Part shown: positions 1 to 14,842 of the stretch, one piece after another
How positions within the stretch are numbered: position 1 is the stretch's first letter
How the letters are laid out: each line of letters opens with the position of its first letter
Assembly (NCBI GenBank): GCA_964035545.1
Contig: OZ037772.1
Span: 1,116,001 to 1,180,000, forward strand
Reading direction: 5' to 3'
Length of the DNA: 64,000 nt
Source: Bugula neritina
Taxonomy: Eukaryota; Animalia; Bryozoa
Position numbers and translations under genes: made by a program
Notes under the pieces: generated by a model
What the model was told of the DNA's origin: nothing
Databases searched by the model: none
Seen by the model: only the letters and a program-made list of their open reading frames with translations

Positions 1-151
1 GACTGACAGATAAACAGATAAGCAGATAAACAGATAGGTAAATAATGCTCCTTTAGACATTGCTCTGCAGAAGTCAGAGTGAGCATGTGACATCCATTCT
101 AATAATAGACAGGATGTTCAGGGGCAGACAACTTTCACATTATCATTGCAG

Positions 152-388
152 GGTCCTCGGGTCTGTGTCTGTACGGGAAGTGCCTGGTGATCTACGATAA
201 TAATGGTGATCTCAAGGTCATGCCCAAACCACACAGGTGTTCTGTGTCAAATGGGGCGTCGGACTGCGCCGGCAACTCCGGCATACCAGGTTCCCAGTGT
301 GTTACCATCAGTGGTGGAGAGGAAGGAGGTTGTTGGTGTACAGGGGGTACTCACTACTACAACCGAGCTTGTGTACCTGACATGACTA
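152..388 (+). CDS. Isolated Cys-rich exon (EB/EGF-like extracellular module), phase 1-1; parent gene unclear
   Basis: Acceptor cattgcag| at 151, donor |gtaag at 389; 237 nt open: SSGLCLYGKCLVIYDNNG...CSVSNGASDCAG...QCV...GCWCTGGTHYYNRACVP. Confidence 0.6.
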
Positions 389-391
389 GTA

Positions 392-872
392 AGTGTGTAT
401 CTACAGTGTGTATCTGCAGTGTGTATCTACAGTGTATATCTACAGTGTGTATCTAGTGTGTGTCTACAGTGTATGTCTACAGTGTATATCTACAGTATAT
501 ATCTACACTGTATATCTACAATGTGTATCTGCAGTGTATATCTACAGTGTATATCTACAGTGTATATCTACAGTGTGTATCTACAGTGTATATCCATAGT
601 GTGTATCTACAGTGTATATCTACAGTGTGTATATACAGTATATATCTACAGTGTATATCTACAGTGTGTATCTACAGTGCATATCTACAGGGTATATCTA
701 CAGTGTATATCTATAGTATATATCTACAGTGTGTATCTACAGTGTATATCTACAGTGTGTATCTACAGTGTGTATCTACAGTGTGTATCTACAGTGTGTA
801 TCTACAGTGTATATCTACAGTGTGTATCTATAGTGTGTATCTACAGTGTGTATCTACAGTGTATATCAGTGT
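392..872. repeat. 13-bp minisatellite (gtgtgtatctaca)n
   Basis: Direct tandem repeats; 13-aa periodicity in the spurious ORFs. Confidence 0.95.
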
Positions 873-2411
873 GTCTCCTCTGAAATATTTGGAAGTATCG
901 CTTGAGTTTCACGTTTTCTTGTATTACCGGGTAACTACTTGTATTATCGGTTGGCAATGCCTACTTGTATTATACTTTAATCTTGTTTTGCAGAGGACAG
1001 AAAGGGAGACTCGGTCCCAAAGGACATCCAGGATCTTACCGAACTTATGGAGAGGAAGGGTTCACCCGGTGTTGATGGCCTGCCTGGTATATCCGGCAAT
1101 CCCGGAGGTGCAGGAGAAAGGAGACCACCTGGTTTCCCAGGAGATACCGGACTTTTTGGACAACCAGGTAATGTTTATGCTCAATTGAGTTTAATCTGTC
1201 AAGTTATGTTTGGATATTTTTCATTTTCGTTATTTTCTATTTCATGTTTGTTACGTGGAAAGGGAGAAAACTCTGTCTCGGAGCATTTTTGTTTCTTCAG
1301 AAAACTTTGGATTATTTTATTCTGGTCTACACAGGGGTGTAGACAGAATAAAAACACAGGGGTGTAGACAGAACAAACTACACAGGGGTGTAGACAGACT
1401 AAACTACACAGGGCTGTAGACAGACTAGACTAACCAGTAGTGTAGATAAACTAAACCTACTACGAACGTATAACTACCCTGCGTCATGCTGACATGACAT
1501 CTCTATTCTCTCCTATAATTTGACTTTTATTTAGCGAGCAGATTTCAAGTGGGCTTTTCTATAGTGGCCAGCCACACTGTTTATTGTAGCAACATAGAAA
1601 TCAAGTTAAAAACTAGTTGCACGTGTTGTGATGCTATCAATGGGTGCTTACAGGTAGAGACGGAGCACTTGGACCACAGGGTTCATGAGGTGTTGAAGGA
1701 CAAGATGGCTCTGACGTTGCGCCTGGTGCCCTTGGAACTCAAGGAGAACCCGGGCCTGTTGGTAAATACTAAATGCTACTCTTTGTATAACACAGGCTGT
1801 ATTTGACATGAGTTTCCCATCTTAGCAACTCATCACTTCGCGTTTAACATTTCTACTCTCAGATACAATCTTGTTGTACAGGTAAACCTGGCGAAGATGG
1901 ATTCGACGGAGAACCCTGACCTAAAGGCGCTGCTGGAGCTGCTGGTGAACCTGGTCCAGCTGGACCTCCAGGTCCTACTGGATTCCCTGGTCCACGAGGA
2001 AACACTGGCCCAGTTGGTCAACCAGGAGATGTTGGCCCTGTCAGCTTGAAGGGTGCTCGTGGAGAGGCTGGACCTAAAGGCCCAAGAGGTCCGTTCAGCT
2101 TATGTATACAAAGTTCATATACATGACTCTTCTATTAACTGCTATTAACTCAGTAGGTTTTCATTCCAAACATTATAAACTGAGAATGTGACAAAAAGTG
2201 ACCAACTATTACAGGACCAGCTGGTACTGACGGCTTTAGCGGAGAACGTGGACCTAAAGGAGAACCGGTGCAACTGGAGTTACTGGACCACCTGGTCTGC
2301 CCGGACCTGCTGTCTTGATGGAAAGCCTGGTTCACCAATTGTTGATGGAAAACCAGGACCAATGGGTATTCTAATCATTTGTTGTTATTGATCTGTATAT
2401 TGCTGAATTAC

Positions 2412-3179
2412 CTTACCTACTGCTACCACCTTACCTTCTGCTACCATCTTATCTTCTGCTACCATCTTATCTTCTGCTACCATCTTATCTTCTGCTACCA
2501 TCTTATCCTCTGCTACCATCTTATCTTCTGCTACCATCTCATCTTCTGCTACCATCTTACCTTCTGCTACCATCTTACCTTCTGCTACCACCTTATTTTC
2601 TGCTACCATCTTATCTTCTGCTACCATCTTATCTTCTGCTACCACCTTACCTTCTGCTACCATCTTATCTTCTGCTACCATCTTATCTTCTGCTACCATC
2701 TTATCTTCTGCTACCATCTTACCTTCTGCTACCATCTTATCTTCTGCTACCATCTTATCTTCTGCTACCATCTTATCCTCTGCTACCACCTTATCTTCTG
2801 CTACCACCTTGCCTTCTGCTACCATCTTATCTTCTGCTACCACCTTACCTTCTGCTACCATCTTATCTTCTGCTACCATCTTTTCTTCTTCTACCACCTT
2901 ATCTTCTGCTACCATCTTATCTTCTGCTACCATCTTATCTTCTGCTACCATCTTACCTTCTGCTACCATCTTATCTTCTGCTACCATCTTATCTTCTGCT
3001 ACCATCTTATCCTCTGCTACCACCTTATCTTCTGCTACCACCTTACCTTCTGCTACCATCTTATCTTCTGCTACCATCTTATCTTCTGCTACCATCTTAT
3101 CCTCTGCTACCACCTTATCTTCTGCTACCACCTTATCTTCTGCTACCATCTTACCTTCTGCTACCATCTTACCTTCTGC
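2412..3179. repeat. 18-bp minisatellite (tctgctaccatcttatct)n in a collagen intron
   Basis: About 42 tandem units. Confidence 0.95.
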
Positions 3180-3999
3180 AGCGTCCTGTGTTAAATTAGT
3201 AACATCTAACATTTTTATTGCAAGTAAGTCACAAAAAATACATTCAAATTATTAATTTACATTCATCGTGTAAACGCTTTGAATAAACTTCCGTCAGTTT
3301 ATAATCACTATCCCTGTGAGAACCCCTGATTGAAAGGTGGTTAAAGTCGGCTGGGGACTATTTTGTAATGTGCCACAGGAGCAGTTATGACTGGGTGCTC
3401 TTCCCAACATCTTTGCTGGTGTTTTGACTCAACCTACTGCCCTCATGTTTCTTCCGTCAGCACTCTAGCTACTACACCATGCCTGATTCCTGGAAACTCT
3501 GAATATGACTTAAATTTTGAGTTGGAAAATATTGCTAATTTGATTTAAAATGTTTATTATTGTTATTGTAGTCTTACAATCGGCCATTTTGTAGATTCAC
3601 TCACTCCCATGTAGTCCTGTCACTCTATCCTCCATTTACAATTTCTCTATTCACTCTTTCAGATGTTTTATAAGAATATTTGTTGTACATTTAATATGTT
3701 GTGTTGCATTTGGTTACCTTTTATAAATGATCTCTGAACATAGTTAATATTGTTGAGCTACTATCCTCGCAGGTGCCATCGGTTTGGACGGACCTCAGGT
3801 AAACAGGGTGAGCGCGGGCGTTAGAGGGGAAATGGGCTTAGAAGGCAGAGTGGGACCTGAAGGCAAGCAGGTAGTGACCTCTGGGGACCTCTAGTCATGA
3901 CCTCTATAACTTTTGGCCATGGACCTTTTTTAGTGTAACTCCACTAGCAAAATATATTCTCTAGAAGAGCGTAGAACATTTGTTCACAATATAATATAA

Positions 4000-4178
4000 A
4001 TATATCTATATAGATATTATCATATATCTATTTAGATATATGATAATATCTATATAGATATTATCATATATCTATATAGATATTATCATATATCTATATA
4101 GATGTTATCATATATCTATATAGATATAGATATATGATAATATCTGTATAAATATTAACATATATCTATGTAGATATA
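4000..4178. repeat. AT-rich palindromic minisatellite (atatctatatagatattatcat-like)
   Basis: Tandem self-complementary units tatctatatagata. Confidence 0.7.
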
Positions 4179-7100
4179 TGGCGTTTCCCAATTATCTAAC
4201 TTCTCTTCTAGTCCACATTCACTTAACCATAATATGCTGTAAGCAATACCCTTCCTGATAACATAGAAAATACCCTCTGATAACATAGAAAGTACCCCCT
4301 AATAACATAGAAAGTACCCTCTGATAACATAGAAACTTTAAATTTTCTGAATTTTGTAATTATTTTTCTATTTTCTCATTTCCTATTGCGCAACATAAAG
4401 TTGTGTGCCCTCTTTATTCCATGTTAAAAGACTTCATAAAATCACCACATGCAATATTTGAGTTGAAGTTTTACTTTTACAGGGAGAGCGTGGACCAGAT
4501 GGAGACCAAGGTCCTGTTGGCCCACCTGGACCCACTAGACCAAATGGTGCTCCTAGTAAGATCGGATTTCAGGGTAAACAAGGAGAGCAAGGTCCTGCAG
4601 GTATAAGAATGAGGAGTTTCTCACCCTTGTTTGTGTATTTTGTTCCTTTCAGGTATTCTGTAATATGCTGGGGCTTCCCTCACATCTATGATATTTTCTA
4701 AGGTTTCCCTCACAGCTAAGCTATATGTTGGGGTTTCCCTCCCACAAACGCTATATGCTGGGATTTCCCTCACAGATATTCTATATGCTGGGGTTCTCCT
4801 CACAGCTAGTCTGCACTAAGGCAGTGAGTAGGCTAAGTAATCATACTGAATCCTAGCAGTGATTGTTACTTCAACTGACAGGATTACTATGTATGATAGT
4901 TGCTCTGACTGGTTTTCATGGATAATTTTTGCCATACTGTTTGCCACATGATGCATTGTCTAAGTAAAAACAAGGAAACAAAGAAATATACCAAAAATGT
5001 TGAGAAAATTTGTGTTATGAAACCATTAAATGACCACTTGTAATGCATACTGGTGTTGCTTGGTTCATAGGACCTGTCGGACAAGCTAGAGAACCCGATC
5101 GGCATGGCAGAAATAGAAAGACAGAAGAAACTGGACCAGCTGGTATGCCTGGTCCAACTGGCTCAAGGGGATTCACAGGAGAACCCGGATCTGATGGAAG
5201 GTATTTTTGTGCTTTACTTCGCCCTATTCAGCTTCTTGGAACTTTTTATTTGATTTAGTTTTTATAATTTGTTGTCAATTTTTTCAGAGACGGTTTACCT
5301 GGAGTACTGGGTGCTGATGGTAGACCTGGGGAGCAGGGTGATCAAGGACCTCCTGGCCCCATGGGTCCAGTGGGTATTCCCGGTAACCAGGGACCTGAAG
5401 GTGCTCAAGGAGACAAGGGTGATAAGGCAGGAACATTCTTTATTCAGTTTTCTATTTATTTCAGTTCTCTGGTTTTCCACTAGTCAATCCTTTAGTTGTT
5501 TATTTGTTTTAGTTTATTTATGTTAATACTAGAGTTGCTTCAGTGACATAACATCTTGTAATCTTGTATAATACACCATAATATAATATGTTCTACAATA
5601 CAATATTGTTACAGAAAATATTATCCACTAATATCTCACAGCTAAGTTGTGTCTCCTAAATATATTCATTACTATAGGGGCCAGCTAGACCACAGGGTGC
5701 TTCTGGATCAACTGGATTGTCCGGACCGGCGGGTCCACGTGGGCCAACTGGTCCTCAGGGACCCCAGGGAGCTTCCGGGAATTCCCGGTGAACAAAGACC
5801 TAAAGGTATGAATGAAGTTGAACCAATATTTGTCCCTATTTATTGGCCATGAAAAGAATCATTGCTCTAAGAGTTATCCTACTTGGTAAGAAGATAAGGC
5901 AACTCCTAACTCATAATAATATGAATATAATCTGTTGTTGTAGGACCCACTGGTTTTCAGGGACCTCAGGGATTCCCCGGAGCTCGTGGTATTGATGGTG
6001 AAAGGGGAGATGTCGGGCCAGTTGGTATTGATGGACCACCCGGCCTACGGGGTGCTGACGGTAAACAAGGAATTACTGGTTCTCTTGGTGCTATGGGTGC
6101 TATGGGACCACCTGGACCTGATGGTGCTAAGGTAAACACTTACACTGCTAACAGGTTATTGTTATTCATCTTGTTAGTTTAGTTGTAATAAACCAATAGT
6201 CTGTATTTCTAGGGTGAACAAGGAAGAGATGGAGAAATGGGTAGTCCCGGCAGACCGGGACCTCCTGGTAAAGCCCAGTATTTGGTTAGTAATTAGTAAA
6301 ACCAAGTTATTGTTCATCACTTGTCTCTTTTTCATTTTCTTTCAACTGTTTATTGGTAATATTTTAGGAGTTCCATCCATAGCCTGTGATTGAAACTTTA
6401 TTTTATTCTATCATGGGTTATGTTAGGTGCGCCCCCTATGATGATGAGTGCAATGATGTCCAACGGTAAAGGTGTACAAGCTGATGATGCAGGCGCCAAC
6501 AATGAGCTCTATAATATGTACCTCAGTGAGTAATGGCCATGACGTGCTTTGATGTTGCCCGATTTGTAGTGGAATGGCCTTTTTGAATGCTGTTTTGGGA
6601 CTCAAATGACGGACCTGTTGTATGTTTTTGCAAATGAACAATTTTATAATCAACTGCTAGAAACTATTGTAATAAAAATATAGACAGCTGTTGTAATGTG
6701 TTTCTCCTCCTAGCATTGATGATTGACATTTTTGTTTGATGAGTCACCTATTTAGTTCGTTTCTTCAGTTAAATGTTGCTACATTCTGACATATTATATA
6801 ATGTTGGTTTTATTGCTGTTAGCTTACATCGCTACTTCCACCTTATTTCTCTAGAAACAGAAGTAAGAGACGGGTCCAAAGACAGCCCTGTTAGAGACTG
6901 TAGAGAACTCTTCACTGAAAACCCAAAGTTCAAGAGTGGAACTTATTGGGTGAGAGAAGATGCTGATATGTTTCTATTTTCTCTGCTCAGAAGAAATCTG
7001 CATCTAAGTCTAATGACTGAAATTTTGTGAACATGTTTTACATTCTACAATTACTACTCCTGAGGTGTCAATATAATGTCATGTGAAGTTTCCACAGATA

Positions 7101-8897
7101 TTTAATGAATTGTTGTTTAAGAATAAGAGTTTTCCCATGAGTTGCCTGTATTATATAATTCTGTATATTCAACAGCTGAACATGTTTTAGTAGTTTTATT
7201 TGATATTGGCATTGTGTTAGTGTGAAATAGAGAAGTTGTATTCTCTATCGTTTGTTGTCAGGTGGATCCAGATGGTGGCTCCATAGCTAATGCTATCCAG
7301 GCGTACTGTCGCAAGGAAATGAAGAGCACTTGTATCAATGCTAAGACCTCCATGTTTGCTACCAAATCGTACGTCACCCAGCAGCTAGGTAATCAGCCAT
7401 TTGTTGCTAAACACATGGGAACAACAATTGTGAGTGTTTATCTTGTATCAGCCATGACTTTCTCAGTATTACTTTAGAATATCCAAAAGTTTTTTTGTTG
7501 AGCATTGTCGCTTTAGTAACATATTTGTTTACTGTATGGATGTTGACAAGTGTTGCTATAGTAACATGTTGGTTTACTGTATATGGATGTTGATAAGTGT
7601 TGCTATAGTAACATGTTGGTTTACTGTATGGATGTTGATAAGTGTTGCTATAGTAACATGTTGGTTTCCTGTATGGATTGTAGTTTGAGTATCAGGCAGA
7701 GTCTTCCCAACTCAACTTCCTTCGAATTCACTCTGAGAGAGCAAAGCAAACCCTGACTTACAGGTAATAGTCACTGCTAGCAGCTTATCAAATAGTCACT
7801 AGTCGCTAGTCACCAGATATTAGTCCTCTACTCTGTTGCAAGTCACTTGATAATCTGAACAATCACTGGCTTCTTTTAAAGCTGAGCAAGTTGTTGGTAT
7901 GACTATTCCTTTTGCCGATCGTAGATGTATAAACTCAGTGGCAGTAGAGGACGCATGCGGTAGGAAGAATAAGTCAGTCATTTTATATACAGCTGGTGAA
8001 AAAAGAATACACAGCAACAGATAGCAGGTCCCAATATTCAGTGCTGCAGGATGATTGCAAGGTATGTAAATCTGACCTGTACAGTGTAAATCTAATCTAT
8101 ATAGCGTAAATTCGACCTGCATATGAACATGATTGCGATAGTTGCATCTTTTTTTCTATTAATATACAATATAGCTTGCCTTTGAGGCTTTTTAACAACT
8201 ACTTATGAGTTCAATCCAAAAGCCACTTTGATTTCTGTGCGAGTTTAGAATTTAGAGTTTGCCGTCTGTCATTTTGTAGTATGCCAAATCATCAGAAGCT
8301 CTGACAGTGATTGAGATTTACACCAAGACCGCCACCCACTTGCCTATTATTGACATTGCTCCTGGTGACATTGGGACCATTGCTCCTGGTAACATGAGCG
8401 TAACTTTAAAACAACCGGAGTTATCCTCTCTCAAAAACACAAAGAGCTTTGCAGCACGTGCAAACATAAAAGTAAATATTTGCTTGTGCATTTGACAGAC
8501 GCTAGTTAAGACATTCCAGCGTAGCAATACACAAATAATGTAAATTTCCAAACAAAATCACTTAACTATATACACAACGACCTGATGAGCGTAGCTTGCA
8601 CTACGTGAAACATTATTGTTGTCGATAAAATGAATATATAAGTTTATTATATCCGAAGTTGTATCAGTACCAAATATATATACTCTATTTTTCAAAATAT
8701 TGAGTCCTTTTGATTCATTTTTTAATCATAGAAACTCAGTCATCATGAACTTCAATGTAAATAATTTAAATATAAAACAATACATTTTATGATATAATAT
8801 AATATTATATTTTTCTTTCGGGATAATTATTCTATTTATATTAAAACTTATTTATTTGAAGTAATTTAATTATAAAACATATCATGTTGGTGAAACA

Positions 8898-11800
8898 CTA
8901 TACAGTATAATATGTTATACAGTATATTATGTTATACAGTATATTATGTTATACAGTATACTATGTTATACAGTATACTATGGTATATTATGTCATACAG
9001 TAAATTATGTTATACAGTATACTATGTTATACAGTATATTATGTTATACAGTATATTATGTTATACAGTATACTATGGTATATTATGTCATACAGTATAT
9101 TATGTTATACAGTATACTATGTTATACAGTATATTATGTTATACAGTATACTATGTTATACAGTATACTATGTTATACAGTATACTATGTTATACAGTAT
9201 ATTATGTTATACAGTATATTATGTTATACAGTATACTATGGTATATTATGTCATACAGTATATTATGTTATACAGTATACTATGTTATACAGTATACTAG
9301 GTTATACAGTATATTATGTTATACAGTATATTATGTTATACAGTATACTATGTTATACAGTATACTAGGTTATACAGTATATTATGTTATACAGTATATT
9401 ATGTTATACAGTATACTATGTTATACAGTATATTATGTTATACAGTATATTATGTTATACAGTATACTATGTTATACAGTATATTATGTTATACAGTATA
9501 TTATGTTATACAGTATGTTATGTTATACAGTATATTATGTTATACAGTATACTATGTTATACAGTATACTATGTTATACAGTATATTATGTTATACAGTA
9601 TACTATGTTATACAGTATACTATGTTATACAGTATATTATGTTATACAGTATATTATGTTATACAGTATGTTATGTTATACAGTATATTATGTTATACAG
9701 TATACTATGTTATACAGTATACTATGTTATACAGTATATTATGTTATACAGTATACTATGTTATACAGTATATTATGTTATACAGTATATTATGTTATAC
9801 AGTATATACTAAGTTATACAGTATACTATGTTATACAGTATATTATGTTATACAGTATACTATGTTATACAGTATTCTATGTTATACAGTATACTATGGT
9901 ATATTATGTCATACAGTATATTATGTTATACAGTATACTATGTTATACAGTATATTATGTTATACAGTATATTATGTTATACAGTATACTATGTTATACA
10001 TTATACTATGTTATACAGTATACTATGCTATACAGTATACTATGTTATACAATATATTATGTGATACAGTATATTATGTCATACAGTATATTATGTTATA
10101 CAGTATATTATGTTATACAGTATACTATGTTATACAGTATACTATGGTATATTATGCCATACAGTATATTATGGTATACAGTATATTATGTTATACAGTA
10201 TATTATGTTACACAGTATACTATGCTATACAGTATATTATGTTATACAGTATACTATGTTATACAGTATATTATGTTATACAGTATACTATGTTATACAG
10301 TATATTATGTTATACAGTATACTATGGTATACAATATATTATGTTATACAGTATATTATGTTATACAGTATATTATGTGATACAGTATATTATGTTATAC
10401 AGTATACTATGTCATACAGTATACTATGTTATACAGTATATTATGTCATACAGTATATTATGTTATACGGTATATTATGTTATACAGTATACTATGTTAT
10501 ACAGTATACTATGTTATACAGTATATTATGTCATACAGTATATTATGTTATACAGTATACTATGTTATACAGTATACTATGTTATACAGTACACTATGTT
10601 ATACAGTATACTATGTTATACAGTATATTATGTTCTACAGTATATTATGTTATACAGTATACTATGTTATACAGTATACTATGTTATACAGTATATTATG
10701 TTATACAGTATATTATGTTATACAGTATACTATGCTATACAGTATACTATGTTATACAGTATACTATGTTATACAGTATATTATGTTATACAGTATATTA
10801 TGTTATACAGTATACTATGTTATACAGTATATTATGTTGTACAGTATATTATGTTATACAGTATATACTAAGTTATACAGTATACTATGTTATACAGTAT
10901 ATTATGTTATACAGTATACTATGTTATACAGTATACTATGTTATACAGTATACTATGGTATATTATGTCATACAGTATATTGTGTTATACAGTATACTAT
11001 GTTATACAGTATATTATGTTATACAGTATATTATGTTATACAGTATACTATGTTATACATTATACTATGTTATACAGTATACTATGCTATACAGTATACT
11101 ATGTTATACAATATATTATGTGATACAGTATATTATGTCATACAGTATACTATGTTATACAGTATACTATGTTATACAGTATACTATGTTATACAGTATA
11201 CTATGGTATATTATGCCATACAGTATATTATGTTATACAGTATATTATGTTATACAGTATATTATGTTATACAGTATACTATGCTATACAGTATATTATG
11301 TTATACAGTATACTATGTTATACAGTATACTATGTTATACAGTATATTATGTTATACAGTATACTATGTTATACAGTATATTATGTTATACAGTATACTA
11401 TGGTATATTATGTCATACAGTATATTATGTTATACAGTATACTATGTTATACAATATATTATGTTATACAGTATATTATGTTATACAGTATATTATGTGA
11501 TACAGTATATTATGTTATACAGTATACTATGTCACACAGTATACTATGTTATACAGTATATTATGTCATACAGTATATTATGTTATACAGTATACTATGT
11601 TATACAATATATTATGTTATACAGTATATTATGTTATACAGTATACTATGTTATACAGTATACTATGTTATACAGTATATTATGTTATACAGTATATTAT
11701 GTTATACAGTATACTATGCTATACAGTATATTATGTTATACAGTATGCTATGTTATACAATATATTATGTCATACAGTATATTATGTTATACAGTATATT

Positions 11801-13275
11801 ATGTTATACAGTATACTATGTTATACAGTATACTATGTTATACAGTATACTATGTTATACAGTATACTATGTTATACAGTATATTATGCTATACAGTATA
11901 TTATGCTATACAGTATATTATGTTATACAGTATATTATGTTATACAGTATACTATGTTATACAGTATATTATGTTATACAGTATATTATGCTATACAGTA
12001 TACTATGTTATACAGTATATTATGTTATACAGTATACTATGTTATACAGTATACTATGTTATACAGTATACTATGTTATACAGTATATTATGTTATACAG
12101 TATACTATGTTATACAGTATACTATGTTATACAGTATACTATGTTATACAGTATATTATGTTATACAGTATATTATGTTATACAGTATACTATGCTATAC
12201 AGTATATTATGTTATACAGTATGCTATGTTATACAATATATTATGTCATACAGTATATTATGTTATACAGTATATTATGTTATACAGTATACTATGTTAT
12301 ACAGTATATTATGTTATACAGTATACTATGGTATATTATGTCATACAGTATATTATGTTATACAGTATACTATGTTATACAATATATTATGTTATACAGT
12401 ATATTATGTTATACAGTATACTATGCTATACAGTATATTATGTTATACAGTATGCTATGTTATACAATATATTATGTCATACAGTATATTATGTTATACA
12501 GTATATTATGTTATACAGTATACTATGTTATACAGTATATTATGTTATACAGTATACTATGGTATTATATGTCGTACAGTATATTATGTTATACAGTATA
12601 CTATGTTATACAATATATTATGTTATACAGTATATTATGTTATACAGTATACTATGCTATACAGTATATTATGCTATACAGTATATTATGTTATACAGTA
12701 TATTATGTTATACAGTATACTATGTTATACAGTATATTATGTTATACAGTATACTATGGTATATTATGTTATACAGTATACTATGGTATATTATGTCATA
12801 CAGTATATTATGTTATACAGTATACTATGTTATACAATATATTATGTTATACAGTATATTATGTTATACAGTATACTATGCTATACAGTATATTATGTTA
12901 TACAGTATGCTATGTTATACAATTTATTATGTCATACAGTATATTATGTTATACAGTATACTATGTTATACAGTATATTATGTTATACAGTATATTATGT
13001 TATACAGAATACTATGTTATACAGTATATTATGTTATACAGTATATTATGTTATACAGTATACTATGTTATACAGTATACTATGGTATATTATGCCATAC
13101 AGTATATTATGTTATATGGTATATTATGTTATACAGTATACTATGCTATACAGTATATTATGTTATACAGTATACTATGTTATACAGTATACTATGTTAT
13201 ACAGTATATTATGTTATACAGTATACTATGTTATACAGTATACTATGTTAAACAGTATACTATGTTATACAGTGT
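8898..13275. repeat. 4.4-kb satellite of a 17-bp unit (tatgttatacagtata[t/c])n with internal higher-order duplication
   Basis: 17-bp period; the rare variant 'agtatatactaagttata' recurs at ~9801 and ~10860 (offset 1059 bp). Confidence 0.97.
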
Positions 13276-13396
13276 ATAATGCTATACATAGACTGGAGTA
13301 TGATTTAATAGTCCAATTAGATACAAGTGTCAACTGCGTGTTCGTGTAAAGTACAGCCAATCATAATCCTGTGCCAACTTCAGTGTTTCACAGTTA

Positions 13397-13739
13397 GCCT
13401 AGGGCCACACGGTGCGTATTTTCGCATGCGAAAATTGAAATTACAAGTAGCAAAGGTGTCCACTGTGCGCGTTGAGAAAACATTCGCACTTGTCGCTCTG
13501 CATTTTCAACGCAAGTGCGAATCGTCTCTGTCGTCGTCACCTAATTGGCTAGTAGTTAATCAGCGAGCCCAATTTCTTTATTTAGTGCTATATTCTAGTA
13601 AATTGCGTTTTATTGAAAGCGAGTGCGATTTAAAAATGAAAGCTTTATTTATCACGCATCACTGACGCTACAGTGGACACCTTTGCTACTTGTGATTTTA
13701 TTTTTTGCGTGCGAAAATACGCACAGTGTGGCTCTAGGC
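13397..13739. mobile_element. MITE with ~75-bp terminal inverted repeats and TTA target duplication (PIF/Harbinger/Tourist-like)
   Basis: gcctagggccacacggtgcgtattttcgca...gtagcaaaggtgtccactgt vs acagtggacacctttgctac...tgcgaaaatacgcacagtgtggctctaggc; tta on both flanks. Confidence 0.85.
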
Positions 13740-14842
13740 TTAGTGAACTGCGGAAAACCAACTCATTCACCACCATGTCAGTCAAAAAATATATAAAGTA
13801 TATTATGTAGCAACAGCTGGGCTGTGGTGAAACTCTACCAGTCTAAATTCCTACACACAGACATGCATATTTAATGAATTTAATCAATTCAAAACATGAA
13901 CCTAAAACTCATGAATTTAGAATATGAAACAAAATAATGTGTCTTATAAAAATAGCACAGCTTCTTAGAAGCAAGTGTTTTACACTTGAACATGCAGAAT
14001 TTGTACAGCTTATAATGGTGACATTGTTGAATTGATACACACCTCTGATTGGATGAGTTTTACATAATAAAACAATTGTTCATCACCTTTATTATTAGTC
14101 TAAGGTTGACAATAATTTACACTGTTAGTTATTGGTTGTAAACTGATTATATATTTGCGTAGGGGAACAATTGACTCTTTTCTACAACAGGAAAAGGAAT
14201 TGATAAGACGCTTACCAATAATATTACATAGTTTATTTTATCAATTCACTTATCCTTAATTCAATTGATTAAAAATTATTTGCATGTAGGCTATTTCATA
14301 AATTGTTCCTATAAGACTAATTTGAGTGTACCTATACAATACTAGGTTTATATGACTGTGGTATATTGCTGAGTACACATTAAATCATAGACAGTGTAAA
14401 TAATAGTAACTGTAGACTTTGCTCTTGGTAAGTTGATTGGAAGAATTTACAGTCCAGTTCTTCGTGATGGAAAATTTCTATCTGCAGAAGAGCTCTAGTT
14501 GAAAAACTGTTATATAAAGTTTATTACTTCAAATACTATACAAATATTATTAGTAGCTTGACATTTGTTATCATTAAGGAGTGTTTAATATAAATATAAT
14601 ACTTGAGATAAACATTCTCATGTGATATACTGCAACCTAAAGTTATATCATATGACTTGACTATCTCTACTAGAGTTAGGGTGGGTCACCTGACAGCCCA
14701 CACATATCCATACACTACAACACATACTGTAGGAACACTGGCACAGCTGAGGCTAGGCTGGCTAATAAGTATATGGAGTAGTTGACCCAGCAGTTAGATA
14801 CTTTGTTATAGAAACTCTAACTTTCTAGTAGTAGAAATAAAA

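Larger units (their letters stand above)
994..8400 (+). pseudogene. Fibrillar collagen alpha-chain pseudogene, copy 1 (Gly-X-Y exons plus COLFI C-propeptide)
   Basis: GT-AG exons at approx. 994-1167, 1654-1761, 1882-2088, 2215-2365, 3773-3870, 4483-4600, 5071-5200, 5289-5425, 5678-5805, 5944-6131, 6213-6267 encode Gly-X-Y. Exons 6854-6949 (SPVRDCREL..SGTYW), 7262-7429 (DPDGGSIANAIQAYC), 7684-7763, 7924-8061 (QDDCK) and 8280-~8400 (LPIIDIAPGDIG) are COLFI. Multiple frameshifts and Gly substitutions. Confidence 0.88.

Noticed and set aside
393-1188. YLQCVSTV repeat ORFs
   Set aside because: 13-bp minisatellite translation
2379-3255. VAEDKM / CYHLIF / SSATIL repeat ORFs
   Set aside because: Products of an 18-bp intronic minisatellite; no splice or unique coding context
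8912-13349. Very long ORFs (up to 941 aa) in all three + frames
   Set aside because: Translations of the 17-bp satellite, whose unit lacks stops on this strand; no coding evidence
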